From the NCBI GenBank assembly GCA_937625935.1, contig OW569356.1, forward strand, positions 248,001 to 312,000: a DNA stretch of 64,000 bases, read 5' to 3'. The notes below the pieces were generated by a model. That model saw only the letters and a program-made list of their open reading frames with translations. It was not told the origin of the DNA and searched no databases. This DNA comes from Tetramitus jugosus. Its lineage: Eukaryota; Protista; Heterolobosea. This document shows positions 59,030 through 64,000 of the stretch, piece by piece. Position 1 is the stretch's first letter. Every line of letters begins with the position of its first letter. A program made the translations under genes and the position numbers.

Positions 59030-60919
59030 TTAGTAGCTACTACTTTCGTCTGTATTTAATTCGTACAAGTGACCTGACTTCAAAAACCATCCAAATATCG
59101 AATACCTAGGTTTGTTAGTCATACATGGTAGAACTTCGTGCCATCGAGGAATCGTGAAGCTGACAACACTATTATACTCTGGAACGTAGGTTCTATCACC
59201 ATCAATGTCAACTAAAGCACCTCCATCTTCCTTTTTCCAATCAGGTGTCAAGTAGTAAATCACAGCAACATATCTGGAGTACTCCTGCCCGTCAATATCT
59301 TTGTACTGACGATCATCATGTGGATCAATAAAGTGCGCGTTCGTGTACCGACCAGCGCTAAATGTACTCTCGCAATCTGGCATCAATCGTCTGAAAATAT
59401 TGAAAATAGCATCGTTGTATGGGAAGCTTTTTGTTGAGTGGAATGCATGATCGATATTGTTCCGTTTGATATTTTCATTGGCTTGTGTAAGGATCCATTC
59501 ATCTTCGCTGATCGAATCAACAACATTATACAATCGATCGGCAATTTCAGCTGGTAAAAAGTTTGAAATCTTGACCAATCCGTTATTCTTACTCAATAAA
59601 TCCATCAGATTGTACTGTTTAACAAAGTTATTCATGTTAAATGATGCACGTGTATACATGCTTCTCGACATTAATTGATTCATAACCTTGTTCTCAAATT
59701 GAAGAGCCTCTTGCAATACAGACGTAGCTTGCTTTCTCAAAACGGATCCAAATCCATTAGTATCATCATGTGGAAGCACACGATTCGAAATTTTGAGCTT
59801 CAATGAAGCTTCAGATACCATGGATTGAACAACATCTTGAACAGATGTCTGTTTGGACAATCCAATAGAAAGAGCAAGCGAGTTGACTTCTGATTCACAA
59901 TATGCAATATAACCTTCTGGAATGAAACAAATATCACCGGATTGCATCTCAATTTGTTCTGCCAAAATACCATTGTTGTCCACGTCGTTCACATCATACA
60001 CTGTAATCGGATACTGTCCTCCATAGTGAAAATACGGATAGGATTCACTTTCACTCTCATTCTCCATTGGCTTATACAGCAAAATTGTCTGAGATCCTTC
60101 AATTTGAAAAACGAATCGGTCATTAGGCTCTGAAAACGTCGGAAATGCAACCATTCCACTAGGCGTATAAGTCACTGTAGCAAAACATCCACCTTGCCCT
60201 CTCCAATACTTGTCCATCATTTGTAAACAATCTGAAATAGCAACTGAGAACTCATCCATGTTCTTAAAATGAACGGACCATCCATCCTTGACATACTGTT
60301 GAACCAATTTCATGCTAACCTTTTCTGGTTCAGGTGTATAGTCCGATAGAGCACTCTCTTCATCGTCCAATCTCACCAATCTCACATCATTGCGCAAATA
60401 GAGATCATGACTCGCTAAAATTCGTGCCACATCCATCACAGAATACAAGGATAGCATCTGCTTGAACACATGTGTTGATTTTTGTTCCTTTTCCATAATG
60501 ATGGATGGCAGAGTGCGCATGTGAAGATGCGTCCTTGTTTCATAGTACTCTGTGATGAATTTTTGCAAGTTGATTGATTCCTCATTCTCATTCTCATCAT
60601 CATTAGAGTGCTTCTCTTGATTGCCATCATCGTCATCATCAATTTCATTGTTGTTTCTGACAATGGTCGCATCAGAGAACAACAACTTTTCAACAAAGTG
60701 TTTGGCTTCTTGAATGGTAGAGTCTTTTTGGCGCCAAGCATCTTTAAACATGGATGGTGTCGATTCATTATTGTTCTCTTCATTGACTTGTTGCTGTGGT
60801 GATAATTGTCGTGTCATTTGTGGCTTATCAATCTTTTGCTTCTTTAGTGGTTGTTGATTGTTGTGTTTGTTGTTATTGTTCTTCTTATTGTTTTGTTGTT
60901 GTTGTTGTTTCCTCTTCAT
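59030..60919 (-). CDS. Fusion of a degenerate NO66/MINA-like JmjC (cupin_4) domain and a 2OG-Fe(II) oxygenase (OGFOD1/Tpa1-like)
   Basis: TYTPSG..FVFQIEG..GDICFIPEGY (JmjC-like); HFIDPHDD..YYLTPDW..GGAL..WHEV..RYSIFGWF (2OG oxygenase). Confidence 0.8.
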   Translation of the reverse strand: MKRKQQQQQNNKKNNNNKHNNQQPLKKQKIDKPQMTRQLSPQQQVNEENNNESTPSMFKDAWRQKDSTIQEAKHFVEKLLFSDATIVRNNNEIDDDDDGNQEKHSNDDENENEESINLQKFITEYYETRTHLHMRTLPSIIMEKEQKSTHVFKQMLSLYSVMDVARILASHDLYLRNDVRLVRLDDEESALSDYTPEPEKVSMKLVQQYVKDGWSVHFKNMDEFSVAISDCLQMMDKYWRGQGGCFATVTYTPSGMVAFPTFSEPNDRFVFQIEGSQTILLYKPMENESESESYPYFHYGGQYPITVYDVNDVDNNGILAEQIEMQSGDICFIPEGYIAYCESEVNSLALSIGLSKQTSVQDVVQSMVSEASLKLKISNRVLPHDDTNGFGSVLRKQATSVLQEALQFENKVMNQLMSRSMYTRASFNMNNFVKQYNLMDLLSKNNGLVKISNFLPAEIADRLYNVVDSISEDEWILTQANENIKRNNIDHAFHSTKSFPYNDAIFNIFRRLMPDCESTFSAGRYTNAHFIDPHDDRQYKDIDGQEYSRYVAVIYYLTPDWKKEDGGALVDIDGDRTYVPEYNSVVSFTIPRWHEVLPCMTNKPRYSIFGWFLKSGHLYELNTDESSSY

Positions 60920-61079
60920 CTCGTTGTGTGATTCCTGTGTTGTTTCACACAATATTTTATCCGATCACGAGAAGTTGAAAGGTCAAGGATTCGCAGGAAC
61001 TCTCTATTGCTCCGACACCCACAAAAAAAAACAAAGCTCTTGACCCAAAACAGATATCTGTTTCATCCTATCGCTACAC

Positions 61080-63521
61080 ATGATGAGCAACAACGTCGTC
61101 AATCATCAGAACATGTTAGGGAGGGATTTGGAACAAGTTGATAGTGGTGACATGAACAATCATAATAGTCATCATCCTATGCATGAACTTGACCCATCTG
61201 ACCTCGTCACTCCACCATTGAACCTCTACCACAGTGTTCTTTCTCTTCAGTCTCAATTCTCCTCCAACGCTGCCTCTACCAAAAAAAATAAGAAGAATAC
61301 ACGGTCGAGTCAGAGACATGAGATTTCTAGTCCTAGTATCACTGGTCGACTCACTCATTCTGCTGACAGCAGTCAATCTCAACTAAACAAGAAACAACAT
61401 CAATTGTTGTTGAGTGTGAACAGTGAATCAACAACTTTATCAACCAATAGTATTAACAGTATGAGTAGTAGTAGTAGTGGTGGTAGTCGTGTGTTTGATG
61501 AGATTGAGTTGTATCATCATTCAAACAGTGGTCAATGGCACGTGTGTGATGCGATTGAAGAAGTGTTTGATTCGTTTGAAGTGCACATGATTGAAAAGGC
61601 ACATGTTTCGCTCAATCAAGCTCTCATTAAGCATCAATTCTCTACTCTGTTGTTTTCTGGTGAAACAGCAACAGAAACAATGACGGACAGAGAGAGAAAA
61701 CAGGCGGACTTTGTAGAGATTTTGTTGGACGAGTTGGATCGAACAGATGTCTCCTCTCAGTTGCATGCCATTTATGCTCTGTTATCCATTAGTCTCGGTG
61801 GTTGTTCAAGTGATGAAAACAGAGGAGAGAGCAACAATAATTGGGTGATTATGGGAAATGATGGTTCATTTCATGTGCATCAGAGAAAGCGAATGATTCA
61901 ATTCAATCAATTATTGCTGTCTCGTTGCAATGTCTTTTCACAGCTGATTCACTTGTTCAAGTATCATGCTTCACAGTTTGTAAAGTCACATTCGACAATA
62001 GATGATGAACCATTGTTAGTGTTGTGCAATCTCTTGTATGTGATGATGACCATCATGCTCACTGTCAAGAATAGGGATCACACAGATAAAGAACATCAGC
62101 TAATCATGAAAGAGATGCAATCGGACCTGTCGAATGGCTCTGATGGTACTTCTTGTGATGTTGCACAGGACAAGAGTCATTTCGTGTATTTTTGCTTCGA
62201 AATGTTACGGGATACAGTTCTATCGAATCACGTTTCGAATTCGCGTTTTCCATTTAAGAAGGTTGTATTATTGATGCAACAGGCTATACTCATTCTATTG
62301 AACGAGCCAGTGTCACCCTACGAGCAAGCAAATATGGCGCAATTGAAAACAAAGATCAAAGAAAAGGACATGAACTATTACAAGTATCGTCACTTTAACA
62401 GTGAAGAGTCCTTGTTTTCTCAATCTGTTCCCGTTTCAGAGGCAGTTTCAGTGATGAATAGTCAGGAACCAAAGCTCTACCCTTCAGCAAGTGATCCAAA
62501 GGTCAATGGCAGGGATCAACAGGAAAGAGAAATGTCTCGAATTTTATTGAGTAATCCAACAAATGCCGAGCTGTTGTATCGAACCATGTATAGTGAATTG
62601 CCACCACTTGTGTTATCCTTTTGTAGGTTGATGGTGGCATCATCTTCCCTCGACTACAGAGGATTCATCAACTTTTCTTCGATTCAACAGCAGATTTCGA
62701 GTCAAGGAAAAAATGCGGGCTTGGAACTGGAGAGACACAAGAAAATTGTGTTAAAGTCTGTATTAACCATCATTTTCTGCTTGATAAAGCAATGGAAGAA
62801 AGATGGACATGCAATGCAAAGTATGAACCTATGTCAGCTGCTTTTAGATGCAAATGCACTGCCCTCACTCGTAAATTTAATCATGGACCAAAACATGACA
62901 AAACAATTAGGAGAAGCACCGTATCGCTTAAATATAATAGATGCTGAGTATATTCCAGAGTCGACTGGTATTAACTGGAACAACATGTACATTAATGTTA
63001 CTTGCCTCAGGGTGATTCAGAAGATAACGAAATCTGTATTTTATGGAATTATGTACCTTATTAACAACAGCCTCCATGAAAAGCTGTACGAAATACTCTG
63101 TAGATTAGATCATAAGGCATGTCCACTGTTAGTCACATATGCAAGTAAGATTTTAAAGAACTTGATACCCTTTACCTCAACAGAGTGGCGGACAAGACAC
63201 AACGAATCCCTTGGGTGGGTATATCTACATGTAAATTTAACAATGTGCGACACTTGGCTGCTCTCTTCCAAACGAGGCGTCAACTCCTTAGCAGGCGAAG
63301 CGAAAAAGCAAATTGCTGACAGAAGAGTACGAATCGAGAAGTTCAACTCTCTCCACTACGACAGGTGGTGGGAGAATATGAATGAGTATCTGAAACAACA
63401 ACGAAAAACTGAAGATGACATTTATGATGAACAAGGAAACTTAATGGATGACACTGTGGTCAGAATGTACAACTCCATACAGATTACTGCTGAAGATTGC
63501 CTAAGGGAGCGATTGTTGTAA
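61080..63521 (+). CDS. STRIPAK component STRIP/FAM40/Far11
   Basis: FPFKKVVLL, ELLYRTM, RHKKIVLKSV..LIKQWK, QLLLDANALP, WNNMY..LRVIQKITK, EWR. Confidence 0.78.
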   Translation: MMSNNVVNHQNMLGRDLEQVDSGDMNNHNSHHPMHELDPSDLVTPPLNLYHSVLSLQSQFSSNAASTKKNKKNTRSSQRHEISSPSITGRLTHSADSSQSQLNKKQHQLLLSVNSESTTLSTNSINSMSSSSSGGSRVFDEIELYHHSNSGQWHVCDAIEEVFDSFEVHMIEKAHVSLNQALIKHQFSTLLFSGETATETMTDRERKQADFVEILLDELDRTDVSSQLHAIYALLSISLGGCSSDENRGESNNNWVIMGNDGSFHVHQRKRMIQFNQLLLSRCNVFSQLIHLFKYHASQFVKSHSTIDDEPLLVLCNLLYVMMTIMLTVKNRDHTDKEHQLIMKEMQSDLSNGSDGTSCDVAQDKSHFVYFCFEMLRDTVLSNHVSNSRFPFKKVVLLMQQAILILLNEPVSPYEQANMAQLKTKIKEKDMNYYKYRHFNSEESLFSQSVPVSEAVSVMNSQEPKLYPSASDPKVNGRDQQEREMSRILLSNPTNAELLYRTMYSELPPLVLSFCRLMVASSSLDYRGFINFSSIQQQISSQGKNAGLELERHKKIVLKSVLTIIFCLIKQWKKDGHAMQSMNLCQLLLDANALPSLVNLIMDQNMTKQLGEAPYRLNIIDAEYIPESTGINWNNMYINVTCLRVIQKITKSVFYGIMYLINNSLHEKLYEILCRLDHKACPLLVTYASKILKNLIPFTSTEWRTRHNESLGWVYLHVNLTMCDTWLLSSKRGVNSLAGEAKKQIADRRVRIEKFNSLHYDRWWENMNEYLKQQRKTEDDIYDEQGNLMDDTVVRMYNSIQITAEDCLRERLL

Positions 63522-63560
63522 TTCCAAAAGTAAATAAGTTACACTTCAATTTATCATAAA

Positions 63561-64000
63561 TTACTTTTGTTCTGAGACTTGAGGGGCAGCAGGGGCTGAC
63601 ATTTTGGCAGCTGCAGCAGCACCGAAATCCATTTGCTTCTTTGCCAAACGAGCATAGTAGCCATCAGGGATCTGCAATAGTTCTTGGTGAGTACCCTTCT
63701 CCTTCATTTCTCCCTTGTGCATGACAACAATCATATCAGAGCCAACAATTGTGGCCAATCTGTGGGCAATCACAATCGACGTTCTGCCCTTCATCAATGT
63801 GTTCAAAGCATCTTGGACAATACCTTCTGATTGAGTATCGAGAGCAGAGGTGGCTTCATCCAATAGCAGCAATGATGGATTTTGAATCATGGCTCTTGCA
63901 ATAGCAATTCTTTGTTTTTGACCACCAGACAAGGACACACCTCTCTCACCCATCATTGTATTGTAACCATCAGGCAATTGCGTAATGAAATCGTGGGCAT
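63561..64000 (-). CDS. ABCB transporter NBD C-terminus (5' part outside window); paralog of 37421-39460
   Basis: [36 protein letters not shown]. Confidence 0.93.
   Translation of the reverse strand, partial: AHDFITQLPDGYNTMMGERGVSLSGGQKQRIAIARAMIQNPSLLLLDEATSALDTQSEGIVQDALNTLMKGRTSIVIAHRLATIVGSDMIVVMHKGEMKEKGTHQELLQIPDGYYARLAKKQMDFGAAAAAKMSAPAAPQVSEQK
63825..63950. repeat. 126-nt near-identical direct repeat of 37766-37891
   Basis: Manual alignment shows one mismatch in 126 nt. Confidence 0.9.

Noticed and set aside
1-64000. tRNA, rRNA, CRISPR arrays, transposases, alternative genetic code
   Set aside because: No cloverleaf, rRNA, repeat-spacer array or RT/transposase motif was recognised by eye. 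Conserved genes translate with the standard code once introns are removed.

Overview
Gene-dense nuclear DNA of a unicellular eukaryote using the standard code (TAA, TAG and TGA all act as stops). A Discoba/heterolobosean-type protist is a low-confidence guess. About 34 protein genes are present: PRP6 (partial), paladin-like phosphatase, general stress protein 26, CorA Mg transporter, PRDX5, Rpt4, ankyrin protein, TTBK-like kinase, SLC35B4-like transporter, LRR protein, DDX52, RING E3, ISCA1, pfkB kinase, PH protein, GFAT, SGT1, RRN3, RPE, two ABCB paralogs, F-box/multi-TM protein, G-alpha/F-box chimera, TAF7, RRM protein, Ubl-kinesin-14, ElbB/GATD3, RPA3, LYR protein, HAUS1, JmjC+2OG oxygenase fusion, STRIP/Far11 and a few hypotheticals. 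I reconstructed 14 GT-AG introns by hand; all have GTnnGT donors. Top observations: (1) the 600-nt RRN3 intron has no AG dinucleotide except its acceptor, and none of the 14 introns has an internal AG beyond about +53, suggesting first-AG scanning for 3' splice sites; (2) a G-alpha subunit has an F-box inserted in its GTPase domain and degenerate P-loop/switch II motifs; (3) GFAT has its catalytic Cys behind a 52-aa leader with a PTS2-like motif; (4) a dead NO66-like JmjC domain is fused to an intact 2OG-Fe(II) oxygenase; (5) a spliced ubiquitin-like domain on kinesin-14 is missed by the ORF track; (6) E2F-like sites precede replication/spindle genes; (7) a candidate structured ncRNA lies at about 58.7-58.9 kb. 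No tRNA, rRNA, CRISPR or transposon was recognised. All calls come from reading the sequence and recalled family motifs; no searches were run.
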